Assembly: GCA_963749735.1 (NCBI GenBank)
Contig: CAVVNZ010000004.1
Coordinates: forward strand, 104,567-168,566
DNA length: 64,000 bases
DNA from: an uncultured Chloroflexia bacterium
Lineage (GTDB): Bacteria; Chloroflexota; Limnocylindria; Limnocylindrales; CSP1-4
Direction of reading: 5' to 3'
The notes under the pieces are model-generated. The model had not been told where the DNA came from. It did not search any database and was given only the letters and a program-made list of their open reading frames with translations. Positions 55,905 through 64,000 of this stretch are shown here, piece after piece (position 1 is the first letter of the stretch; each line of letters opens with the position of its first letter). The position numbers and the translations under genes were made by a program.

Positions 55905-56882
55905 TCAGCGCTCGCGGCGCAGCACGAGGATGTGCTGGTGGGCGATGTTCGGGACGAACGCGTTCGGGTAGCCGTACGGCCGGAGCCGCGTTCCCGCCTG
56001 GTACCAGACCAGGTCGCCCTTCGGGATGAGGCCGACGCGCTCAGCGCGACCGGCGATGTCCGCGCCGGTGAAGACGTAGCGGCCGTCCTGGTACGCATCG
56101 CGCACGATGACGACGGCGTAGCGGTTCGGACGGAGCAGCCTGCGGCACTCCGCGAGCACCGCTTCCATCCGGTCGAGGAAGGTCGGGTAGTCGGGGCTGT
56201 TGGCGAGGTCCGCCGGATCGTCGGTGACCATCGCATAGTCGGTCCGCCGGTTGGCGTGCGACTCGGACAGCTTGCCCCCGGCCATCGTCAGCGGCAGCTG
56301 GACGTTGTACGGCGGGTCGGTCGCGACGAAGTCGACCGACGCGTCGGCGAGGGTGGGGAGGATCGTCATCGCGTCGCCGAGGCGCAGCTCGAGCCCGGAC
56401 GGGTCGAACGCACGAGCGCCGCCCGGGTCGCTCGGACCGATGTCGGCGAGGATCGGGCCACGCCCGTCGCGCTCAGCCAGGGATCGGGCGATCACCCGGT
56501 CGTAGACCTCGATCCAGCGGGGCTCGAGCTCGATGCCGACGGCACGGCGCGGCCCCTGCGCGATCGCCGCTCCGAGGAGCGTGCCGCCGACGCCGGCGAA
56601 CGGATCGAGGACGAGCTCGCCTGACTTCGTGAAGAACTCGATGAGCCGGCACATCAGCCGCGGCGGTTTGTTCGCTCCATGGGCCTTGCGGAGATCGTGG
56701 CCGAGCTCGGACGGGTAGGCCGTCGACCAGATCGACTTCGTGAAGTACAGCCACTCCTCGCCCGACAGCTCGTTGAGCGCGTTCGACGGATGGGGCGTGC
56801 CGCGTCCGACCGGGTCGCCGACGACGGCCGCGCCGTCGATCGGATCCGCGTCCGGGGCTGGACCGGTGGTGCGTGCAGGCAT
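55905..56882 (-). CDS. DNA methyltransferase (N6-adenine/N4-cytosine family, DPPY motif), no adjacent endonuclease
   Basis: C-terminal 325 aa of ORF 55905..57335, starting at ATG 56882. AdoMet motif VLDPFAGVGGT precedes the catalytic motif FVATDPPYN. Confidence 0.8.
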   Translation of the reverse strand: MPARTTGPAPDADPIDGAAVVGDPVGRGTPHPSNALNELSGEEWLYFTKSIWSTAYPSELGHDLRKAHGANKPPRLMCRLIEFFTKSGELVLDPFAGVGGTLLGAAIAQGPRRAVGIELEPRWIEVYDRVIARSLAERDGRGPILADIGPSDPGGARAFDPSGLELRLGDAMTILPTLADASVDFVATDPPYNVQLPLTMAGGKLSESHANRRTDYAMVTDDPADLANSPDYPTFLDRMEAVLAECRRLLRPNRYAVVIVRDAYQDGRYVFTGADIAGRAERVGLIPKGDLVWYQAGTRLRPYGYPNAFVPNIAHQHILVLRRER

Positions 56883-56937
56883 GCACCCAGCGTACCGGTT
56901 CAGCGACCGCGGGTTCCGCGGCCGCCTAGAATGCGAC

Positions 56938-59900
56938 ATGGCCGCAAGGTTCACGAGCGCGCGGTTCATCGGCAGGGAGCGGGAGCTCGCCCGCCTGGCC
57001 GGTGCGCTCGAGGCCGCCGCCGCGGGCCGACCGTCGACCATCCTGCTCTCGGGAAGCGGCGGTCTGGGCGCGAGCCGCCTGCTCGACGAGGCCGAGCGTC
57101 GGATCGCGGCGCTGCCTGAACCGTTCACCGTGGTCCGCTGCCGGGCGCGACCCGGCCAGGTCGGTGACCCGTTCACCCCGGTCGCGACCGGTCTCGGTCG
57201 GCTGCTCGGCGAGCTCCCCGACCGCGAGCTCGCCGGGGTCGTGGGCGCCGGGGCCGAGGAGATCGGCCGGCTCCTGCCGGGGATGATCGCCCGCCTCGGT
57301 GGGCTCGGCCTGCTGCCGTCGCGCCCGACCATCACCGAGCCCGAGCGCCGCCAGACGAGGATGCTCGAGTCGATCCTCGACGTCCTCCATCGCCTGGGCG
57401 AACGACAGCCCGTGGTGCTCTGCCTCGAAGACCTCCAGTCCGCGGACGCGGGGACGCGAGCGCTGGCGACGTTCCTGGCGCGGGTGGCGCGCCCCGGTCG
57501 GCTGGCCGTGCTCGTGACCTACCAGCCCGACGAGCTCACCCGTCCACACCCACTCCGGTCCGCGCTGACCGAGATGAGCGAGGCCGCGGATCCCCCGGCG
57601 GAGCTGCCGCTCCGGCCGTTCGATCGGGACGAGCTGGCCGAGCTCATCGAGGCGATCGAGGGCGAGCGGCCGTCGGCCTCGGTCCTCCTCCTCGTCGCCG
57701 AGCGGTCGCACGGGAACGCGCTCGTGGCCGAGGAGATCCTGGCCGCCCGTCGCGAGCTCGCCGGGGTGTCCCTCACGGGCTCGCTCGACGAGCTGGCGAT
57801 GGCGCGCCTCGCCCAGCGGACGCCGGAATGTCGGCGAGTCCTGCGGCTGCTGGCCCCGGCCGGCGAGCCGCTCCGGATCGACGAGCTCGCGGCCGCGTCG
57901 GCCGCCTTCGAGCGGAGCGCGGACCGTCCGGCGCCCCGGTCCAGCGGTGCGCCCCGTCGCGGCGGCGGCATCCTGGAGCCGGACCTTGCGGTCGGCCTGG
58001 TCGAGGCCATCGAGCACGGCTTCGTGGTCCTCGACGGAGACACCGGCATGCGGGCCGGCCGGCCCGACCCCCCGGCGCTCACACCGAGCGATGCGGCCGC
58101 CCTCCCCGCCGAGGCGACCGTCGGCTTCCGCCACGAGCTCATCGCGCGCGCCGTCGAGGCGGACCTCCTGCCCGCCCAGCGTCGCCGTCACCATTCCGCG
58201 CTGGCGGTCGGACTCGGATCGCGACCCGGGTCGCGGGCGCGCCAGCACCTCGCCGCCCATGAGCCCGGGCCCGCCCGTGCCGCGGCGATCGAGGCCGCCG
58301 ACCTGGCCGAGGCCATCGACGCCTCCGGCGATGCGCTGGCCCATCTCGAGCTCGCCCTCGAGCTCGACGACCGGACGATCCCGCCCGGGGGACCGAGCGA
58401 TCCGGCCGCTCCCGTCCAGCTCCTGGCCCGAGCCGCCGAGGCGGCGTTCGCCGCCGGTCGGCCGATCCGGGCCGCGGCCTACGCCGAGTCGTCGATCGCG
58501 CGGCTCGATGAGCGGGCGGATCGTGTGGAGCTCGCCCTCCTCCACGAGCGGCTGGGGCGGTATCGCCGAGCCGCGGGGGACCAGGAGGGAGCGATCGCGG
58601 CCCACCGCCGAGCCGCCCGCCTCATCCCGTCGGAGGCGATCCGCGAGCGGGCGTTGATCCTCGGATCGCTCGCCCAGGTCCTGATGCTGGAGGGCCTGTT
58701 CACGGAGGCCGAGCGACTCTGTCGTGAGGCGATCGGGGTGGCCAGGTCGGCCGGTCCCGCGGCGCGCGGCGAGGAAGGCCATGCGATCTGCACCCTGGGC
58801 ATCACCAAGGTCTGGGGGGAGGATCCGGAGGCTGGGGTGGCCCTCCTCCGCGAGGCGCGCTCGATCGCCGAGGAGCTCGGCCGGCTGGGCGACATCTTCC
58901 GGGCGACCGCCAACCTGACCACGGCCCTCGACGTCCTCGGGCGTCGGCGCGAAGCCGTCGATGTCGCGATGGCCGGGATCGAGGCGGCCCGCGAGTACGG
59001 TCAGGAGGCGACCTACGGCAACTTCCTGCGGGGCAACGGGGCCGACTCGCTGTTCATCCTCGGCCGCTGGGAAGAGTGCCGCCGCCTCGGCGAGACCGCC
59101 CTCGAGTGGAGTCCCGTCGGGCTCAACTTCGTCAATGCGGCGACGAACCTGGCGATGGTCGCGGTCGAGACGCGGTCGGGCGAGATCGCCGGTCGGTTGC
59201 TGGGTCGGCTGATGCTCGAGCTCGAGACGGTCCCCGACGCCCAGGCCTCCGCCCCGGCGTACCTTGCGGCCGCGTCGTTCGCCCTGTGGCACGAGGACCT
59301 CGGCGACGCCCGCCGCGCGGTCGAGCTCGGATGGGCGCCGATCCGCGACACCGAGGACTGGGTCCTGATCGCCAGGATGGCGGCGACGTTCCTCGAGACG
59401 GACGCGGCCGTCTTCGCCGACGCCCGCGAACGGAGGGACCTGCCGACGCTGGCCGCGGCCCGGGAGCGGGCGCATCGCGTCCTCGAACGAGCCGAGGAGG
59501 CGGTCTCGGCCTCCGGCGTGGCCCGGGCGATCGGATCGCGGCGCGAGGCCGATGCCCATCTCGCGACCGCGCGGGCCTTCCTGGCCAGGATCGACGGCCA
59601 CGACGAGGCCTCGGCGTGGGAGTCGCTGGCGCGGACCTGGGAGGAGCTCGGGATCCCCTATCAGGTCGCCCGCAGCCGATGGCGCCAGGCGGAGGCCGCC
59701 CTCGGCGCCGGGGAGGGGCGGCCCGGTCGAGCAGCGGCGCGCCGGCCGATCCTCGACGCGGTCCGCATCGCCCGAGAGCTCGGAGCCCGACCGCTCCTGC
59801 GCGAGCTCGAGGAGCTCGCAGGTCGGGCCAGGATCTCCATCCCCGGGGTCCCCGGGGCGGATGTCGAACCCGAGCCGGAGACGGGCGTCCCGCTGCCGGT

Positions 59901-60210
59901 CGCGGTCGCGGTGGGTCCCGGGCGCGACGGGTCGAGCGATGGCACGGGCGTCGAAGCGGGCGGCCTCGCCCGGGAGTTCGTCGGGCCCGCCCGTCCGAAG
60001 TCGGCCGTCTTCGGGCTCAGCCCGCGCGAGCGGGAGGTCCTCCTCCTGCTGGCCGCCGGCCGAACGAACCGTGAGATCGGCGAGCACCTGTTCATCAGCC
60101 AGAAGACCGTCGGGGTCCACGTCGGCAACATCCTGGCCAAGCTCAGCGTGTCGGGCCGGGTCGAAGCCGCCGCCGTCGCCATCCGCCTGGGGCTGACCGA
60201 CCGGCGCTGA
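56938..60210 (+). CDS. large LuxR-family regulator (LAL/MalT-like: N-terminal P-loop NTPase, helical repeats, C-terminal LuxR HTH)
   Basis: Within ORF 56740..60210, starting at ATG 56938. Contains FIGRERELARL, a P-loop-like LLSGSGGLGASRLL, Walker-B-like VVLCLEDLQSAD, and the C-terminus LSPREREVLLLLAAGRTNREIGEHLFISQKTVGVHVGNILAKL. Confidence 0.85.
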   Translation: MAARFTSARFIGRERELARLAGALEAAAAGRPSTILLSGSGGLGASRLLDEAERRIAALPEPFTVVRCRARPGQVGDPFTPVATGLGRLLGELPDRELAGVVGAGAEEIGRLLPGMIARLGGLGLLPSRPTITEPERRQTRMLESILDVLHRLGERQPVVLCLEDLQSADAGTRALATFLARVARPGRLAVLVTYQPDELTRPHPLRSALTEMSEAADPPAELPLRPFDRDELAELIEAIEGERPSASVLLLVAERSHGNALVAEEILAARRELAGVSLTGSLDELAMARLAQRTPECRRVLRLLAPAGEPLRIDELAAASAAFERSADRPAPRSSGAPRRGGGILEPDLAVGLVEAIEHGFVVLDGDTGMRAGRPDPPALTPSDAAALPAEATVGFRHELIARAVEADLLPAQRRRHHSALAVGLGSRPGSRARQHLAAHEPGPARAAAIEAADLAEAIDASGDALAHLELALELDDRTIPPGGPSDPAAPVQLLARAAEAAFAAGRPIRAAAYAESSIARLDERADRVELALLHERLGRYRRAAGDQEGAIAAHRRAARLIPSEAIRERALILGSLAQVLMLEGLFTEAERLCREAIGVARSAGPAARGEEGHAICTLGITKVWGEDPEAGVALLREARSIAEELGRLGDIFRATANLTTALDVLGRRREAVDVAMAGIEAAREYGQEATYGNFLRGNGADSLFILGRWEECRRLGETALEWSPVGLNFVNAATNLAMVAVETRSGEIAGRLLGRLMLELETVPDAQASAPAYLAAASFALWHEDLGDARRAVELGWAPIRDTEDWVLIARMAATFLETDAAVFADARERRDLPTLAAARERAHRVLERAEEAVSASGVARAIGSRREADAHLATARAFLARIDGHDEASAWESLARTWEELGIPYQVARSRWRQAEAALGAGEGRPGRAAARRPILDAVRIARELGARPLLRELEELAGRARISIPGVPGADVEPEPETGVPLPVAVAVGPGRDGSSDGTGVEAGGLAREFVGPARPKSAVFGLSPREREVLLLLAAGRTNREIGEHLFISQKTVGVHVGNILAKLSVSGRVEAAAVAIRLGLTDRR

Positions 60211-60280
60211 GCGAGCCGCGGTCGACGGCCCGCGGTTGACGGCCCGCCGCCGTCGCCCGTACCATCCGCCCACAACCGAA

Positions 60281-60392
60281 GAGCGCTTATCAAGAGTGGC
60301 GGAGGGACCGGCCCGTCGAAGCCACGACAACCTACCGGCGATGCAGTCGGCAAGGTGCCAAATCCGGGCAGGTCCTCCTGCGAGATAAGGGA
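60281..60392 (+). promoter_or_regulatory. SAM-I (S-box) riboswitch aptamer
   Basis: CTTATCAAGAGTGGCGGAGGGACCGGCCCGTCGAAGCCACGACAACC...GGCAAGGTGCCAAATCCGGGCAGG...GCGAGATAAG. P1 pairs CTTATC (60286-91) with GATAAG (60384-89). The conserved S-box core strings are all present. Confidence 0.85.
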
Positions 60393-60401
60393 ATCACCCG
60401 A

Positions 60402-60433
60402 GACCCTTCCTCCGGGGAAGGGTCTTCTCGTTT
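60402..60433 (+). terminator. riboswitch expression-platform terminator
   Basis: 9-bp stem GACCCTTCC / GGAAGGGTC with a 5-nt loop, followed by TTCTCGTTT, 48 nt before ATG 60481. Confidence 0.65.
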
Positions 60434-60480
60434 CCCGGTCCCGAGCGCCGACCCGCGACCGCCGAGGAACGACCCGACCG

Positions 60481-61818
60481 ATGACCGCGCAGCTGCTGAC
60501 CGGAACGCCGCCGCCCGAGCTCGGGCCGGCATCCGCCGCGCCCGCGAACCGGATCGTCGGGCTGCGCTGCCGCAACTGTGGACGCGCCGAGACCCTCGGG
60601 CCGAGCTACGTCTGCCCGGCCTGCTTCGGACCGCTCGAGGTCGCCTATGACCTGGGCACGATCGCCGGTCTGATCGACCGGGCGACCATCGCGGCCCGGC
60701 CGGCGGGGATCTGGCGCTACCTGGAGCTCCTGCCGGTCGACGCGGCCCCGGTCCGCGGCCTCGCCGTCGGATCGACCCCGCTGGTCCACGCCGACCGTCT
60801 CGGCGCGGCGCTCGGGATCGACCGGCTCCTGATCAAGGACGACACCCGCAACCCGACCCTGTCGTTCAAGGATCGTGCCGTGGCCATCGCGGCGACCCGC
60901 GCCGTCGACTTCGGGCTGAGCGCGCTCGCCTGCGCCTCGACCGGCAACCTGGCCGGCGCGACCGCCGCCGCCGCGGCGGCCGTGGGGCTGCCGTCGTACG
61001 TCTTCATCCCGGCCGATCTCGAGCCGGCGAAGATCGACCACGCCCTGGCCTACGGCGCGACGGTCGTCCCGATCGACGGGACCTACGACGACGTGAACCG
61101 GCTCTGCCTCGAGGTCGCCGACGAGCTCGGCTGGGGCTTCGTCAACGTCAACCTCCGACCGTTCTACGCCGAGGGCAGCAAGACGCTCGCCTTCGAGATC
61201 GCCGAGGCGCTCGGCTGGCGGCTGCCCGACGTCATCGTGGCGCCGATCGCCTCGGGTGCGATGTTCATCAAGTTGGCCAAGGCGTTCGACGAGCTGGCCG
61301 AGGTCGGGCTGATCGATCGACGGACGCCGGTCCGGTTCGTCGGCGGCCAGGCCGCGGGCTGCGCTCCCGTGGCGACCGCGTTCGCGGCCGGGACCGACGT
61401 GATCGACCCGGTCCGGACCCCCGACACGATCGTCCGCTCGCTGGCCATCGGCAACCCGGCCGACGGACGCTATGCCGTCGAGCTCGCCAACGCGAGCGGC
61501 GGCACGATCGAGGCCATCCCGGACGCGGCGACGGCGGAGGCGATCCGGCAGGTCGCCCGTCTCGAGGGCATCTACCCGGAGACCGCGGGCGGGGTGACCC
61601 TGGCCGCGGCGCAGGCCGCCCGGGCCCGCGGCATCATCCGCGATGGCGACGAGGTCGTGGCGCTGCTCACCGGGAACGGGCTCAAGACCCCCGATGCGGT
61701 GCGCTTCGGCGAGGGCGACGGTGGCGCCACACGCGAGCGAGCGCGCGGCGGGCAGCCGGGCCTGGCCCCGACGCTCCCGCCGCGGTTCGCGGCGTTCGAA
61801 GCGTGGCTCGAGTCGTGA
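60481..61818 (+). CDS. threonine-synthase-family PLP enzyme with N-terminal zinc ribbon (MetM-like homocysteine synthase candidate)
   Basis: Within ORF 60355..61818. Contains CRNCGR..CPACFG and the PLP lysine motif NPTLSFKDRAV, plus ..ASTGNLAG.. It is placed under a SAM riboswitch. Confidence 0.8.
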   Translation: MTAQLLTGTPPPELGPASAAPANRIVGLRCRNCGRAETLGPSYVCPACFGPLEVAYDLGTIAGLIDRATIAARPAGIWRYLELLPVDAAPVRGLAVGSTPLVHADRLGAALGIDRLLIKDDTRNPTLSFKDRAVAIAATRAVDFGLSALACASTGNLAGATAAAAAAVGLPSYVFIPADLEPAKIDHALAYGATVVPIDGTYDDVNRLCLEVADELGWGFVNVNLRPFYAEGSKTLAFEIAEALGWRLPDVIVAPIASGAMFIKLAKAFDELAEVGLIDRRTPVRFVGGQAAGCAPVATAFAAGTDVIDPVRTPDTIVRSLAIGNPADGRYAVELANASGGTIEAIPDAATAEAIRQVARLEGIYPETAGGVTLAAAQAARARGIIRDGDEVVALLTGNGLKTPDAVRFGEGDGGATRERARGGQPGLAPTLPPRFAAFEAWLES

Positions 61819-62174
61819 GCCTCGTCCGCATCCCGCCCGTCCTCCGCACGTCGACGGGCGGCGAGAAGCAGGTCGAGGTCGGCGGGTCGACCGTGCGCGA
61901 GGTCATCGACGGGCTGGTCACGACCTACCCCGGCCTGGCGCCGCAGCTGCTCGACGGGCAGGGCGATCTCAACCGGTTCGTCAACGTCTTCCTCAACGAC
62001 ACGGACGTCCGTCACCTCCAGGCGCTCGACACGCCGGTCGACGCGCGCGACACCCTGATGCTCCTGCCCGCGATGGCGGGCGGCGACGGCCTGGACCCGC
62101 AAACGGGCGTCACGCCGCGCCATGGCACGCACGGCGGGCCGTGCTCCTGTCCGGGGCGGGTCGCCGTTCGCTGA
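61815..62174 (+). CDS. CysO/MoaD/ThiS-type sulfur-carrier protein with a 29-aa extension after the GG motif
   Basis: ORF 61803..62174; the GTG at 61815 overlaps the upstream stop (GTGA). IPPVLRTSTGGEKQV..NRFVNVFLNDTDVRH..LLPAMAGG closely parallels my recollection of M. tuberculosis CysO. GG ends at 62084 and the frame continues to 62174. Confidence 0.75.
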   Translation: MSLVRIPPVLRTSTGGEKQVEVGGSTVREVIDGLVTTYPGLAPQLLDGQGDLNRFVNVFLNDTDVRHLQALDTPVDARDTLMLLPAMAGGDGLDPQTGVTPRHGTHGGPCSCPGRVAVR

Positions 62175-62235
62175 CGCCGATCACGGCGCACGACGAGCGA
62201 CTCGCGGAACCCCGGCCCGGCCACCCAGTCCCATC

Positions 62236-62736
62236 GTGTCCAGGAGAACCCTCTTCGTGTCGATCCCCGTTCGCAGCCCCATCCGTCTCATCGATCCGCG
62301 CGGCCAGCGTTTCGGCGCCGCCGGGTCGGCCATCGTCCTCGCCCTCGCGATCGTCCTCGACCTGCCGATCGTCGTCGCGTTGGTCGCGCTCGCGCTCGGC
62401 GTCAGCTCGGCGCTTGGGACCCGCACCTTCGTCTTCGGCCGACCGTGGCCATATGTGCGGGACCTCCTGAAGCTCGGGCCGCCGGCAGCGCCCGAACCGG
62501 AGGTCGGTCCACGATTCGCCCAGGCGCTCGGGTTCACCTTCCTGGCGCTCGGCTTCGTCCTGCTCGTCGCGGGCATCCGGCCGCTCGGCTGGCTCCCGGT
62601 CGTCGCGGTGGTCGCGCTCCAGACGCTCCTCGCGACCACCGGCTACTGCCTCGGCTGCCGGTTGTACGGCCTCCAGTGGTGGGTCCCGGAGCAGTTCGAC
62701 CGGTTCGTCCTGCGGCGGACGCCGACCGTCGACTGA
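62236..62736 (+). CDS. DUF4395-like membrane protein
   Basis: ORF 62122..62736 trimmed to GTG 62236. Four TM helices and a C-terminal TGYCLGCRLY motif that I associate with DUF4395. Confidence 0.55.
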   Translation: MSRRTLFVSIPVRSPIRLIDPRGQRFGAAGSAIVLALAIVLDLPIVVALVALALGVSSALGTRTFVFGRPWPYVRDLLKLGPPAAPEPEVGPRFAQALGFTFLALGFVLLVAGIRPLGWLPVVAVVALQTLLATTGYCLGCRLYGLQWWVPEQFDRFVLRRTPTVD

Positions 62737-62823
62737 GCCGATCGCGCGGACGGTCCGTCAACGGATCGCAACCGAGCGGTCGCGTATCCGACGCCGACGG
62801 GTCGCTCGCGAAGGCGTCATCCT

Positions 62824-63642
62824 GTGGAGGTGAGCACCGCCACAGGTCCGTTCGAGGCGCCCACGGCCGACGACGTCGTCTCGATCGACGGGGTGGCCGT
62901 GGCCCGCGGTGAACCGCTCAAGATCCTGGTCGTTGACGACGAACCGGCGATGGTCGGGGTCATCGGCGCGATCCTGGGCAGTGCCGGACATCGGATCATC
63001 GCCGCCTACGACGGGCGTGAGGCGATCCGCCGGTTCGAGGAGGACCGGCCGGACCTCGTCCTGCTCGACCTGGCGATGCCGGGGATGGACGGCGCGGACG
63101 TCTGTCGGCGGATCCGGGCGGCCGGTGACACGCCGATCATCGTCGTGTCGGGTGAGAGCGACCTCGGCGTCACCGTCGAGCTGCTGGACGCCGGTGCGGA
63201 CGACTACATCCGCAAGCCGTTCCGGGCCGCCGAGCTCCTGGCCCGGACCCGGACCGTCGTCCGGCGACAGCGTCGGGCTCCCGCCCGTGACGGCTGGCTG
63301 GTCGACCGCAATCGCCACGAAGTGACCTGGCTGGGGCGCCGCGTCGAGCTGACCGTGACCGAGTTCCGGCTCGTGTCGCGGCTGGTCGACCGACTCGGCG
63401 AGGTCGTCGACCGGCGCGATCTGCTCGCCTATGCGTGGCCGGGGGTCGACGATCCCGATGTCCTGTGGCTCAAGCCGCACATGGCCCGCCTCCGCTCGAA
63501 GCTCATCTCGGTCGGCGCGCCGCTGCCGGTCCCGATCCGCGGCGTGGGCTATCGGCTCGACGACGCGCCCGACGGGCTGCTCGGTGACGGCACGGTTGCG
63601 AGCCCCGCATCCGAGTGGTCACCGACCGAGGGCGAGGCGTAA
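62824..63642 (+). CDS. OmpR/PhoB-family response regulator, no cognate kinase adjacent
   Basis: 272 aa. Receiver domain (ILVVDDEP..DLVLLDLAMPGMDG..IIVVSG..DDYIRKPF) plus winged helix (LTVTEFRLVSRL..VWLKPHMARLRSKL..IRGVGYRL). Confidence 0.85.
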   Translation: MEVSTATGPFEAPTADDVVSIDGVAVARGEPLKILVVDDEPAMVGVIGAILGSAGHRIIAAYDGREAIRRFEEDRPDLVLLDLAMPGMDGADVCRRIRAAGDTPIIVVSGESDLGVTVELLDAGADDYIRKPFRAAELLARTRTVVRRQRRAPARDGWLVDRNRHEVTWLGRRVELTVTEFRLVSRLVDRLGEVVDRRDLLAYAWPGVDDPDVLWLKPHMARLRSKLISVGAPLPVPIRGVGYRLDDAPDGLLGDGTVASPASEWSPTEGEA

Positions 63643-63778
63643 CCGTCGCGTCGCCGTCGCGCCACCCCCCGAACGTCGATATGGGCGGCTCGCACGCCTA
63701 GCCTCCTGATGGGAACGCCCTTGCCCCCAGCCTGACGATCGTCGGACGCGAGGGTCCCACTGGAGTGAGGGTCGAGCG

Positions 63779-64000
63779 ATGCGAGATCGGATCAGACGAG
63801 GATTGGCGGCCGCCGGGATCGGCGCGGCCCTGCTGGCGGTCCTGCCGGGGACGGTGGCCGCGGCCGACGGGTCCACGATCGATACCGGCGACACGGCCTG
63901 GATGCTGATGTCGACCGCGTTGGTCATGATCATGCTCCCGGGGCTGGCGCTGTTCTACGGCGGTCTCGTCCGGCGCAAGAACGTCCTGTCGACGATCATG
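63779..64000 (+). CDS. amt: ammonium transporter, N-terminal fragment (continues beyond the window end)
   Basis: My own translation from ATG 63779: [74 protein letters not shown]. This is the classic Amt N-terminus. The track omits it because it runs off the edge. Confidence 0.8.
   Translation, partial: MRDRIRRGLAAAGIGAALLAVLPGTVAAADGSTIDTGDTAWMLMSTALVMIMLPGLALFYGGLVRRKNVLSTIM

Noticed and set aside
50118-56900. Possible genomic island integrated next to the tRNA gene
   Set aside because: There is no integrase, recombinase or transposase. I could find no direct repeat of the tRNA 3' end by eye, and there is no visible shift in GC richness. The genes are ordinary metabolic and transport functions.
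56926-60330. 1134-aa minus-strand ORF opposite the LuxR regulator
   Set aside because: It is antisense to a gene with clear NTPase-like and LuxR HTH motifs, and its composition is R/G/P-rich noise.

Overview
This is a very GC-rich bacterial chromosomal segment (judged by eye; third codon positions are almost all G/C). The gene content looks Actinomycetota- or Chloroflexota-like. I support about 65 protein genes, one tRNA and one riboswitch. I saw no transposase, integrase, phage gene, rRNA or CRISPR array. All functional calls rest on my own motif recognition in the translations; no database search was possible.

Gene blocks from left to right:
- 1-5085 (-): APC permease, glutamine-synthetase-like enzyme, and a multi-GAF signalling protein that is edge-truncated and missing from the ORF track.
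- 5402-6565: CPA2 antiporter.
- 7424-9222: PadR, Tat-Rieske and membrane-protein operon behind a near-consensus promoter with an AT-rich palindrome.
- 9275-16205: fumC followed by a tightly coupled string: flavin reductase, alpha/beta hydrolase, EthD, two crotonases and a GT87 membrane protein.
- 16190-19443 (-): ECF sigma, FecR-type anti-sigma and a membrane protein.
- 19688-26685: paaABCD, 3-hydroxyacyl-CoA dehydrogenase, two paralogous lipoproteins and a thiolase.
- 26657-30741: A-type Fe-S carrier, GGDEF cyclase, Lon-N-domain protein and FemAB-like protein.
- 30743-34819: Mo-oxidoreductase and a GT-C / GT2 / flippase-like glycosylation module.
- 34868-38658 (-): Opu-type ABC transporter.
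- 38769-46475: F420-LLM oxidoreductase, MerR, GNAT, ATP-dependent DNA ligase, rhodanese and a class-V aminotransferase.
- 47059-50050: molybdate locus without modC.
- 50041-50117: tRNA with anticodon TAT.
- 50175-60210: MFS transporter, proline dehydrogenase, methyltransferase, NERD-like protein, orphan DNA methyltransferase and a large LuxR regulator.
- 60281-62736: SAM-I riboswitch controlling a threonine-synthase-like enzyme plus a CysO-like sulfur carrier and a DUF4395-like protein.
- 62824-64000: orphan OmpR-type regulator and an amt gene truncated at the window end.

Most interesting:
- The SAM-riboswitch-controlled ThrC-like plus sulfur-carrier module. The carrier has a 29-aa tail after its GG motif.
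- The genomically encoded tRNA-Ile(UAU).
- At least four genes split across two reading frames, plus one read-through tail. These point to indel errors in the assembly or to real pseudogenes.

The many long R/P/G/A-rich ORFs in the track are antisense or off-frame artefacts of high GC and were discarded.
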